NCBI GenBank assembly: GCA_965207885.1
Contig: OZ242311.1
Location: 4,960,001-5,024,000, forward strand
Direction of reading: 5' to 3'
Length of the DNA stretch: 64,000 nucleotides
DNA from: Candidatus Latescibacterota bacterium
Lineage (GTDB): Bacteria > Latescibacterota > UBA2968
Shown: piece after piece, positions 39,860-49,700 of the stretch
Numbering within the stretch: position 1 is the first letter of the stretch
Layout: each line of letters opens with the position of its first letter
Position numbers and translations under genes: made by a program
The notes under the pieces: model-generated
What the model saw: only the letters and a program-made list of their open reading frames with translations
Database searches by the model: none
What the model was told of the DNA's origin: nothing

Positions 39860-42800
39860 TCAAGACTGCCCAAAATCCTGTGTGAAGATCAAAAAATCTC
39901 CAATACCAATCTGTCCATCACCATCCAGATCATATCGTGCATCGTAGTTTGCGTGACCAACCGCGTAACCAAAATGAGATGTGAAAAGGAGAAAATCACT
40001 GATCCCCACTGAGCCATCGCCATCAAAGTCTGCTCTTAGTGCCCCCTGTTGAGAAAACCTTAAGACCACAGGATTGGCAAAGGATTCAAATTGTCCAGAC
40101 CGTCGAATACGTGCATATCGCAGGCGTATTTGACCTGTCTGAAAAGTATCCGAAACGCTAAACCGTATCGTGCCAAGCCTCGCGGACTCCTGTGCAATTT
40201 TCCCGCCAAATGACGCTGCCATCACTTCAACAGAAGAAGGATTGGGAGGATAATAAGGTCCTGGCGAATGTCCATTTGGAATACCATCTCCAATATCAAA
40301 ACCCTCGTAAGCTAACGATGGTATATCAAAATCAAACAAAGCGCGAAATCCTATCGCGTCCATAACCTGCTGCCCGTGAATTTCAACGGCAATCACACCA
40401 TCCGAAGGCGTGACATACACACCCTGATTCTCCGACGCATTTGTTACAAGAGATAATGTAAAGGAAGTGGTTTGAGAATGAAGCCCCTTTCCAGCAACAG
40501 GGAAACCGACAGCAGGCGTTTTGGAATCGTTGCTATAAATAGTCACACGCGCTGACAAATCCCCAGTTCTGTTTGGCTCAAAACGAAGCGTAAAAAAGCC
40601 ATTTTGCTTTGCGGGAATCACAAACTGTTTGGGAGTAACACTCACTTGCCCATCACTGGCAATAATATCTGTAATTGACAGAGAAGCGTCTCCAAAATTG
40701 GTGACAGTCACAGTCATAGACTTTGAACTACCGACCTCAACACTACCAAAATCGCGCAGAGAAGCATTGACCGATATTTGCGGAACGGGAACAACGGGTT
40801 GTCGAACGCCTTGCGCTCGCAGTGTCACAGTGGCCTGCGGTAAATTGCTCAAAATGGTCATGTTGCCAGATTTATCCCCCACACTTTGCGGAGAAAAAGT
40901 GACAGAGATCTGTTTGCTACGACCTGGTGCAACGATATAAGAAGATTGGGAAAGACTGTAATCACTGGACGGCAATAGAATATTTGTAATAACCAATGAC
41001 GCCTGACCCGTGTTGACAATCCCAAGATTCAAGGTTTGGGATGACCCCAATAAGACCGCCCCAAAATCGAGCGTAGTACGCGAAAGATTCATGACGGGTG
41101 TACCAACGGAAAGCAAAGACAACTCCAACCTTCCATAGCCATATACATTATCCCGTCCAGCAACCCCCATATCGACTGCAGATTGCGTAAGTGCGTCCTT
41201 CAGCCTTCGCGCATTATAATGGACGGGATCGGCAGATTTTAAGAGTGCTGCTGCACCAGCGACATGGGGCGTCGCCGCCGATGTTCCAAAGTATAGCTCG
41301 GGGCTATAGCTTATGGTACTAACACCAGCAGGTGCAACCAAATCGGGTTTAGTTCGCCCATCAAAAGTAGGACCTTGCGAACTATAAACCGCAACAGGCC
41401 CTGTTGTCCATTGCCAATGATGCAAGGCCCCACAGTTAGCGCACCACGCGCATCCCCCGGTATTCCCACTGATCCTCTAATGGATACAGGCCCATCGAGA
41501 TCGTGATTTTCACTGATCAATTTGAAAAGGGTCACCTTGGCGTCTGATGCTCGCCAAATCGCAAAACCATAGTTTCCCGATTCTCGAATAGTATAAACGA
41601 GATGTTCTACGGGAGGTGACTGAAGTTGTTTGGTATCTGCACGCTCAACAATCTCGGTACTGCCATCTGCCTCAATTTTTACGAGCAAAAGATCGTAGTC
41701 GTGAGACGTGAGAGGCCATTCATTCCAGGTCAACCACGCTTCTACTTCCTCTCCTTTTTGCAGGAACATATTTCCCGTTTGGCGATTTTCCAAGTTGACG
41801 ATTTCATTTTCTCCAGCAAAGTTGTGATATCCATCGCCATCCGGGTCGCTTAACAGCGCAGAGATTTGGCTTTGGGCATAATTCCCTGCAGCATTCACCC
41901 ACAACACATTATTCTGAAAAGCATCATCTACAATTTCGCATGCGCGGCCTGTTCCATCGCCAAAGCCAGTACCCCATCGCCATCCCAAAGATACGGTGAC
42001 AATATCCAGGCCCTCCTGAATAGCCGCATCCTTAGCGTTTTCCAAACTCACCATACCGCTTACTTTATAAAGATAAATTTCAGCATCTGGGGCGATGTCG
42101 TGAACAATCTCAGCACAGGCCGATCCATGCACCCTCGCGCTTTCAGAAAGATGACCTTGTTGAAAAATCCCTTCTCCAGTAAAATCCCGATAAGACAAAT
42201 TGGGCAGTTCTCCTCTATTCTGAAGTGCTGGAACCCCTACAAAACCGACATCAATGACCCCCACTTTTATACCTCGTCCAGTAAACCCCCTATTTGAATA
42301 AACTGACGCCTTAATGTTTGCCACTCCCTCGCTGACAACGAGTGGTTTGGGCTTTATGGGCAATCGCACAAATTGCACACCATCCACATGTGTCAGCCTT
42401 TCAAGAGCAGATATGGGTACAGACACCTCAACCAAATGCCGAGATTGGGCGACAACTCTGACCCCCAAACTGGACAATGCCCCCAAATCAATGCTATCCG
42501 AAAGCCGCCCATAGCGCGGTTCCAATACGACCGTGATATTTTCACCATCGATATCTGCTGCGCCATATTGTCTCGCCGTCGCCTTGGCCAACGCCCGTTT
42601 TTGCGCCACCCAACTCTTTTGAATCCGAGCCAGCACGCCCTCCAATTTTGGAGGATGATCTACCTTTTCGTACTCAATTGGAGCCGCACCAAAAACCACA
42701 GTGCTACAAAAAAACAGTATGATCACAGAGGGAACTAATGCTACATGGCAAAAGAAGTTAGCCAAGCCAGTCTTGCTTGCGGTTGTCATTGCGGCATGCT

Positions 42801-42933
42801 TAAAGCCGCAATCCACAGGCGAACCTCTCAGACTGGACTCCTGCCTCCGCAGGAGTGACGACAATCTATATGGAGTAAGACTTACACCGCGATGCACTAA
42901 TCGCTTTCCCCAAAATTTCAGATAGATAAACAT
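39860..42933 (-). CDS. Secreted S8 serine peptidase with two ASH/choice-of-anchor-D Ig domains, a cohesin-like domain and a dockerin-like EF-hand tail; frameshift at the run 41428-41431
   Basis: VGVIDVGF, HGSACAE, NAAGN, GTSAATPHVAG; LDFGAV / RDFGSV repeats; ADFDGDGSVGISDF and YDLDGDGQIGIGDF; one extra G restores LTVGALHHWQW. Confidence 0.85.
42785..42859. repeat. Inverted pair of GTCA-type REP-like palindromes (REPIN-like)
   Basis: GTCATTGCGGCATGCTTAAAGCCGCAATCCA and, on the minus strand, GTCACTCCTGCGGAGGCAGGAGTCCA. Confidence 0.7.
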
Positions 42934-42936
42934 TGC

Positions 42937-44067
42937 TCACCGTTTTTTGCCGAAGTTTTCAGAAAAAATGAGAAAATCATCGCCATCAATATCGCCATCA
43001 TTATCCATATCACCCCTTAAGGATGAACCCGTGTTGACTTGAACAGCATCGCTCGACCAGGTCGTAATACTCTGTGGTGACAACGTGCGAACAAGCCCAT
43101 TCCCGCCTACTGTCGCTGTCATTTCTGCAAGAGTCCTATCCTGTGTATTCTTTATCACTATGTGCCCATGTTCGTTTGCTCCAACGATTCCAACACCCAG
43201 GGTGCCATAGCTATTGCTTACCCTGATTAATCCATTATCGGCTGTGTTTGAACCTGCCGTAATAAGTTCCGTACCTGTTTCGGATTTGAGCCTCAAGACC
43301 CCTCTTCCCTCACCCTCCCATCCCAAATACGCAATCGTCTTATCGTTATTATTCGATAGCCATAGATTGCCAGCGGTCTCATCTGCATACATTGACACCA
43401 GGCTTTTTCCCGATTTATTACTCAGACTCAAAAGCCCATTGCTCAAACTTTCACCCAGAAAAGCCAAATTTTCATTTCCGGTTTTGTTGATTGTTATCCA
43501 ACCAGACCTTTCGGCTACAACCAAACCAATCAAGGCCTCTTCGTTTCTGTTTTTAATCAAGATTCTTCCATATCCTGTTCCCTGTCCTGTCTCAAAACCC
43601 GATCCCAAGGCAATCAGGTTTTTTTCTTCTGTTGAATTGATATGCACTAATCCATTGCCACTAGTGGTTGACGATCCAATGTAAACCAGATTCTTATCTT
43701 CCGCAGAATTGACAAAGATAAGACCATTGCCATTGGTACTGGGCCATAGTTCAACGACCGCCTGTCCATCGCTATTTACAATCTGCAAGCCCCTCGTGCG
43801 AATTACACCTTGTGTCTGTGCTACCATTTTTCCCGCTCTATTTATTTCTGGATACATTATGTTTTTGTCTGGCAAATCGGGAACTCCGACATTGCCTTTG
43901 GGCATTGCGATGGGATCATGGGCTGATTTCGCTTGAAATGGTGATATGCCATCCGTTGCGGCAACCGTGACAACGGACACCAGCAGGAGACACAACAGGA
44001 TATTGAAATTGCGATAGCGCGTAACGCGCATCTCTAATTGATTCAAACGTTCTTCAATTGGATTCAT
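42937..44067 (-). CDS. Membrane-anchored or secreted beta-repeat protein with a C-terminal dockerin-like EF-hand
   Basis: N-terminal coiled coil plus TM helix, about 22-aa Gly/Asn-rich repeats, LRGDMDNDGDIDGDDFLIFSENFG. Confidence 0.75.
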   Translation of the reverse strand: MNPIEERLNQLEMRVTRYRNFNILLCLLLVSVVTVAATDGISPFQAKSAHDPIAMPKGNVGVPDLPDKNIMYPEINRAGKMVAQTQGVIRTRGLQIVNSDGQAVVELWPSTNGNGLIFVNSAEDKNLVYIGSSTTSGNGLVHINSTEEKNLIALGSGFETGQGTGYGRILIKNRNEEALIGLVVAERSGWITINKTGNENLAFLGESLSNGLLSLSNKSGKSLVSMYADETAGNLWLSNNNDKTIAYLGWEGEGRGVLRLKSETGTELITAGSNTADNGLIRVSNSYGTLGVGIVGANEHGHIVIKNTQDRTLAEMTATVGGNGLVRTLSPQSITTWSSDAVQVNTGSSLRGDMDNDGDIDGDDFLIFSENFGKKR

Positions 44068-44196
44068 CTTCTTCCCTCCCAAATATGAATACCGACACCA
44101 GATCGATAAGGTGGTTTACAATGGCAAACGTTTCTTTTTTATTCCGTACTTAAGGTTTTATGCAAAATAAGACGGGATTTGAAAAAGGCAATAAAA

Positions 44197-44262
44197 ATGC
44201 CCCAAATCTCATCGTCCAAAGAGGTACTCTCCAATGGGTTGTTGTTATGAGACTTGGGGCAT
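44197..44262. terminator. Long intergenic inverted repeat between the paralogues
   Basis: ATGCCCCAAATCTCAT...ATGAGACTTGGGGCAT. Confidence 0.5.
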
Positions 44263-44339
44263 AGACTTAAATTTCTTTATCATTCCCTATTACTGCCATC
44301 GCGTTTTTCTTCCCAATGACTCCAAGTGTCCGCCAATCC

Positions 44340-45431
44340 TTATGGCGAGTTCTGATCAGGCCACAGAACATTAAACTTGCTACCTGTTTTGTTGTAGAGG
44401 AACAACTGACCGTCTCCATCATTATTAGAACTTAGTCGAGATATGCTTCTACCATTGGTATGATACATCGTCAAATGACCACTCCGATAACCTGCCAACA
44501 GTGACACCAGACGTTTTCCTGAATTGTTAACCAATTCCAACCGTCCATTGCCATCAGGGTTTGAACCTAAATTTACAATTAGATTATCGTCAGTATCTGA
44601 AAGCACCAAATTACCTGCATCACTTGCAAATATTGTCACTAACTGTTTTCCCGATTTGTTACTCAAATTCAGTAATCCATTACCCAATTTATTTGATCCA
44701 AGACCTGCCAAATTTTTGCCATCTTTTGAATTGACAAAAACCAAACCATTGCCAGAATCATCACTTGTCAATTCAACAACGGCCTTTTCCTCGTCATTCA
44801 CAACTTCCAATTTCTCTGTGACCCACAACTCATCTGTGAGAATCATTTTGCTCTTTATTGTGGTAATTTCATCTATATTTAGATGACTGGTAGTTCCAGT
44901 GGTACCTATGATTGCCGCACCTTCTCCATCCTTAGTGTAAAGATTGATAAGACTTCCAGAAGTGCTTGAACCAGCAAAGAATCTACTTTTTCCTTCAGAA
45001 GAATTGACCCAAATACGACCATCACCATTTTCGTCACTTGTCAATTGCACAACTTGTTTTCCTTTATCATTCTGAACGCTTAGGTAACCGCTTGTTTCAC
45101 CTGCAACAAAAGATAGCATAGGTATTCCGGTCTCATTATGAAGCCTGATAAAACCATATTTCCCGTTCCTACTTGAACCAGCATAGATTCGGTGTTCTCC
45201 TTTTTTTGAATTGACAAACAGGGCTCCATCGTTGGCTACGGATGTCAATTCAACAACGGTCTCTCCTAAATCATTTACAATTTCCAGTTTCTTTGTGCGA
45301 ATCACATCTACAAAGCCTGTCTGTGCTACTGTGACAATTGCCACCAGCAAGAGACACAACAGGATATTGAAATTGCGGTAGCGCGTAACGCGCATCTCTA
45401 ATTGATTCAAACGTTCTTCCAGTGGATTCAT
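44340..45431 (-). CDS. Paralogous beta-repeat protein without dockerin
   Basis: First 30 aa nearly identical to those of 42937-44067; internal repeats KLE(I/V)VND...VVELTS...VNSK. Confidence 0.75.
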   Translation of the reverse strand: MNPLEERLNQLEMRVTRYRNFNILLCLLLVAIVTVAQTGFVDVIRTKKLEIVNDLGETVVELTSVANDGALFVNSKKGEHRIYAGSSRNGKYGFIRLHNETGIPMLSFVAGETSGYLSVQNDKGKQVVQLTSDENGDGRIWVNSSEGKSRFFAGSSTSGSLINLYTKDGEGAAIIGTTGTTSHLNIDEITTIKSKMILTDELWVTEKLEVVNDEEKAVVELTSDDSGNGLVFVNSKDGKNLAGLGSNKLGNGLLNLSNKSGKQLVTIFASDAGNLVLSDTDDNLIVNLGSNPDGNGRLELVNNSGKRLVSLLAGYRSGHLTMYHTNGRSISRLSSNNDGDGQLFLYNKTGSKFNVLWPDQNSP

Positions 45432-45581
45432 CTTCTCCCTCCGAAATATGAATATCGACACCAGGTCGATAAGATGGTTTACAAATGCACACGATTTCTT
45501 TTTTGCGTTTGAGGTTTACCAAAATAAGACGGGATTTGAAAAAGGCAAGACTACTCTTTCAAAATGTGGGTATATTATGTT

Positions 45582-45709
45582 GGATCGCGGATTTGGCAGA
45601 TTACGCAGAGGACACGGATTAGAGATTGGAGATAGTGCAGAGACTGGAGATTGTGGGAAGAATGAGGTTTTAATCCGCGTCATCCTTTCATCCGCGACAA
45701 TCCGCGATC
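45582..45709. repeat. Long imperfect hairpin built from CGCGGATT/AATCCGCG units, upstream of the GxxExxY gene
   Basis: GATCGCGGATT (45583) pairs with AATCCGCGATC (45699); GACACGGATTA (45611) pairs with TAATCCGCGTC (45671). Confidence 0.8.
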
Positions 45710-45722
45710 AAAAAGGAGATAA

Positions 45723-46121
45723 ATGACCAACAATCTAAAATACAGTGATATAACCGAAAAAATTATCGGATCGGCATTTGAGGTGCATAAGTTTTTGGGT
45801 AACGGCTTTCAGGAAGTGATTTATCAGCGTGCATTGGCATTTGAAATGGCACAGGCAGGTTTGACATTTGCGCGCGAAATTGAGCAACATATTTTCTACA
45901 AAGATTTGCCAAAGCCAATTGGCACGCGCAGAGCAGATTTTGTGGTGGAAGGAAAAGTATTGGTAGAACTGAAGGCAGTCTCTGCATTGGAAGATGCACA
46001 CAGGGCGCAGGCGTTAAATTATTTGAAAGCATATCGGCTGGAAGTGGGCTTGTTAATCAATTTTGGGTCGCAAAGTTTGAAATTCCACAGACTGATCTTA
46101 TCGCAACGAAATCGGAGATAA
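45723..46121 (+). CDS. GxxExxY protein (PD-(D/E)XK nuclease superfamily)
   Basis: LGNGFQEVIY, RADFVVE, VELKA, QALNYL, GLLINFG. Confidence 0.93.
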   Translation: MTNNLKYSDITEKIIGSAFEVHKFLGNGFQEVIYQRALAFEMAQAGLTFAREIEQHIFYKDLPKPIGTRRADFVVEGKVLVELKAVSALEDAHRAQALNYLKAYRLEVGLLINFGSQSLKFHRLILSQRNRR

Positions 46122-46232
46122 CGCAGATTTTTTGATCCATGTAATTATTTCGTCGATTTTATTTTACCTGCTCAGGGACAGATCAGATTTCTTACACGCT
46201 GTGTAAGAAATTGAAAATAAACTCTAAATAGG

Positions 46233-46268
46233 ACAGAAAAAGGCTTGCGAGATCGAATCGCAAGCCCT
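46233..46268. repeat. 36-bp palindromic direct repeat, copy 2
   Basis: ACAGAAAAAGGCTTGCGAGATCGAATCGCAAGCCCT. Confidence 0.9.
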
Positions 46269-46298
46269 AAACACGCCACCAAAACGGGAGAACTCCAA

Positions 46299-46619
46299 AT
46301 GGCAGACTATACCCGCAGTTCGGGAAACGTTTTTAAAGATTTGGGGCTTCCTTCCTCCGATGAAAGATTGGCAAAAGCGAAACTGGCCTATAAGATCAAC
46401 CGCTTGATTGCCGATCAGGGAATGAATCAAAAGAAAGCTGCGGATTTTTTAGGAATCAGTCGATCCAAAATGACGGAACTGAGAAATGGTCGATTAAAGG
46501 GTTTTACCATCGACTGCCTGTTCTCGCTATTGGGAAAACTGGATCACCATATAGAAATCCGAGTACGTCCAAAATTAAGCCACAAAACAGAGAAAACTAT
46601 CAATGTGGCTTTAATTTGA
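46299..46619 (+). CDS. XRE-family HTH protein (HigA-like antitoxin)
   Basis: SSGNVFKDLG, QKKAADFLGISRSK, FTIDCL; RBS GGAG. Confidence 0.85.
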   Translation: MADYTRSSGNVFKDLGLPSSDERLAKAKLAYKINRLIADQGMNQKKAADFLGISRSKMTELRNGRLKGFTIDCLFSLLGKLDHHIEIRVRPKLSHKTEKTINVALI

Positions 46620-46759
46620 CAGTGTATAATTTGCAGAAAGGCCTGGTCCCTGATCAAGGAGGAGATTGGGCTGTGAATCATCACCGATACACACTTGAAT
46701 CACTTCCGAGAAAAGTCGAAAATTTTATCAAGTGGCGATATTTATTTAGACAAGTGTTT

Positions 46760-46799
46760 TAATCCGTACAATCCCTTAATCCGCGTCAATCCGCGATCC
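46760..46799. repeat. Further AATCCG-type arm overlapping the RND gene stop
   Basis: TAATCCGTACAATCCCTTAATCCGCGTCAATCCGCGATCC; the last 12 bp are the reverse complement of 45582-45593. Confidence 0.8.
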
Positions 46800-49700
46800 C
46801 ACCGCGACAACGCGCCTGGCAAATTGGGAGAGGTCATCCATCAGGGAATACATCGTGGGCAGGAGAACAAGCGTCAGAATGGTAGAAATGGACAATCCCG
46901 ATACAACGACCAGACCGATGGGACCCCAGCGGCGGGCTGTGCCTTCGGCATGGCCGAAAAGCATTGGAATAACCAGCGGCATCAGGCCAATAATGGTGGT
47001 CGTGGCAGTCATCATAATCGGACGCAGGCGATCTTGCCCTCCGCGAATAATGGCATCGCGGCGAACAAGTCCCTGTTTTCGGTATCTGTTGATGTGATCG
47101 ACCAGAACAATGCCATTATTCACCACAATACCAAAAAGCACCAGAAGGCCGTACTTCGCATTGCTATCCATAGCGATCTTAAAAGTGTAGAGACCGAGCG
47201 CGACGCCGATGAAAGCAAAGAAAATGCAGAACATAATGGTAAGCGGATGGACATAGGATTCAAAGAGCGAAGCCATAATAATATAAATGAGAATCAGTGC
47301 GAAAATCATCGTCTCAAAATCCTGATCCCGTTTTGCATCCATAGACTTGAATCGGCGGTCCATCTGATACGTATATCCCTCAGGCAGAGGCACATCTTCC
47401 ATACGCGCTTTCATAATCTGTCCCACGCTGAACACTGCTTTTTGCTCTGTACTGGCAAAAACAGTTAGCGTGGGCATGCGGTCTTCGCGGGAAATGGCAT
47501 TGGGGCCCTGTATGAGATTGAAATCCGCCAAACTCGAGAACGTGACCATACCACCCTTATCGCTTTCAAACGCCGTTGTTTTGAGCTGCTCGAGATTAGC
47601 GCGATCTTCTTCGCGGAGTTGAACGGTAATATCGAGCTCGCCATGGGGTGTTTTGAAGTGTGAAGCCCCGCGCGACCCGAGTGCCGAAGCGATATTCGTA
47701 GCAATATCGCGCGGAGAAATGCCATACCGCTGTGCCCGTTCGCGATTTACAACCACGCGAATCTCTTCCATACCCGTCTCCAGGCTGGTTTCAATCTCGT
47801 GAACGCCGGGCATCCCCTGCATACTCATTTCAATATCCTCTGCCAGAACCTCCAGAATTTCCTGCTTGCGTCCTTTGAGTTCAACACCCACCCCCGCAGT
47901 CCCGCCTGACTTGCCCCCGCGAGGCCTGAAACGCACACCGGGAATATCCTTTGGAAGAAGCGCGATTATCCTGTACTGGACTTCGTCTGTCGTCAACTTG
48001 CTTTCTTCTGCAGGCGTGAGATAAATAGTCAAAAGTGCATTTCTCTTTCCCTGGCGATTACCCGTATTGAACTTCGTCGCAATAGCCTCTATGTCCAGTT
48101 CCTCCTTCAGTGGAATAAGGATATCTTCGGCTATTTTGAACGTATTACTCGCCTGCGCCAAATCGTACGTGCGGGGCATCTCCACCGTCAGCCTGATCGC
48201 GCGGGTGGGTTGATAGCGGAAGGGTTCTTGTTCTATTTTGCCGTAGATGTGATTGCCCAAAAAGAGAAGAACGCACGCAACGGATAGCGTTGCCCAGCGA
48301 TAGTGCAAAGTATTGGCGACCACCCTCGCGTACAGTGCTCTGGCACCAATGGCGCGGTAACGAAAATACAGAAAAATTACCAGTGCAATTGCCGCGGGAA
48401 AACCAATTTTGGCAAATAAAGGCAGGGCAGCGATAGTACGCGCAAATGCGTCCCACATATCCCCGTAATCAATTTTACTGAAATCCGTATAATATATATA
48501 CGCGCCCACCCCGACACTTGCCGCGAGTACAAAAATGCTTTTGAGAACGCGGTCAAAGGTCTGACCACCTTTATCAAAGGCGCGAGATGCGGCCAATGGA
48601 ATCAGAGAAAGCGCGACACAAAACGATGCAATAACAGACACGACAACTGTCACAGAGAATTGCCGCATAAAGAGCGAAGTACCCGAATCAGTCACAAAAA
48701 TGACCGGAACAAATACACACACAGTGGTGAGCGTAGCAGCCAGAACCGGGAGACCAATCTCCTCACTGCCCTCAAGCGCTGCCTGTGTTGCACTCTGACC
48801 CTCATCAAAACATTTGCGAAAAATATTCTCCAGAGCCACAACAGCGGGATCCACGAGCATCCCAATAGCGACCATCAGCCCCATCATCGAAATCAAGTTC
48901 AAGGTGATATCAGCGCCCGATTGCCGCAAAAAATACATGATGAGAAACACCGTAAGCGCGCTAATTGGAATAGCGGAGCCAATGATGAGCGTACTGCGGA
49001 AGTTGCGGAGAAAAATAAAAATGGCAATAACGGCTAAAAGTCCCCCCATAATCGCCGAATGGCTGAGGCTGGTTATGCTGGCAATAACATCCGTTGACTG
49101 ATCTCGCACCAGAAGCATTCGAAATTTATCTTTGCCAACCACCTCGTTGATGCGGACGAGTTCTGCACGGGCACGCTTGCAAACATCGACCATATTTGCC
49201 GTTGACGATTTATGCACAGAAAGATAAAGAGAAGGGATGCCATCAAGACGATCAAATCGACGAGCGGGGGGATAATCGTAGGTAACCGCTGCAACATCGG
49301 ACAGCGCCAGGTTTGGGCGAATGGGCAGATTGCGAATCTGGTCAACGGTCTCAAACTCGCCCACACTCCGCACAGCAAATCGCCTGTCGCCATCGGTGAC
49401 ATAACCCGCCGAGATATTGATATTATTTCTGCGAAGCGCGCGATTGATGGTGCGAAAATCCAATTTGTGCGCAGTCATAGCCCGCTGATCAACCTCGACG
49501 AGGAGATCCTTTTGCTGTAAACCCCTCAATTCAACACTTGCCACGCCATCGAGCCGCTGCAATCGCGGCAACAGGTGCTGGTTATAAAACGCGATGAGAT
49601 CTTCGGGATCTTCACCGAGCCACGAAACCGTATATTCAAGAGCCGGAATATCTTCGGTATCAAAACTTTTAATCCCAATATAATCCACGTCTTCTGGCAA

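Noticed and set aside
41428-41431. Phase variation at the S8 and sbcD homopolymers
   Set aside because: Runs of only 4-5 nt, each one base short, fit sequencing error or ordinary mutation better
42937-45548. Diversity-generating retroelement TR/VR pair
   Set aside because: No reverse transcriptase, the repeats are at 5' ends, and the differences are not adenine-specific
45582-45709. CRISPR array
   Set aside because: The units are about 9 nt, degenerate and inverted, with no spacers or cas genes
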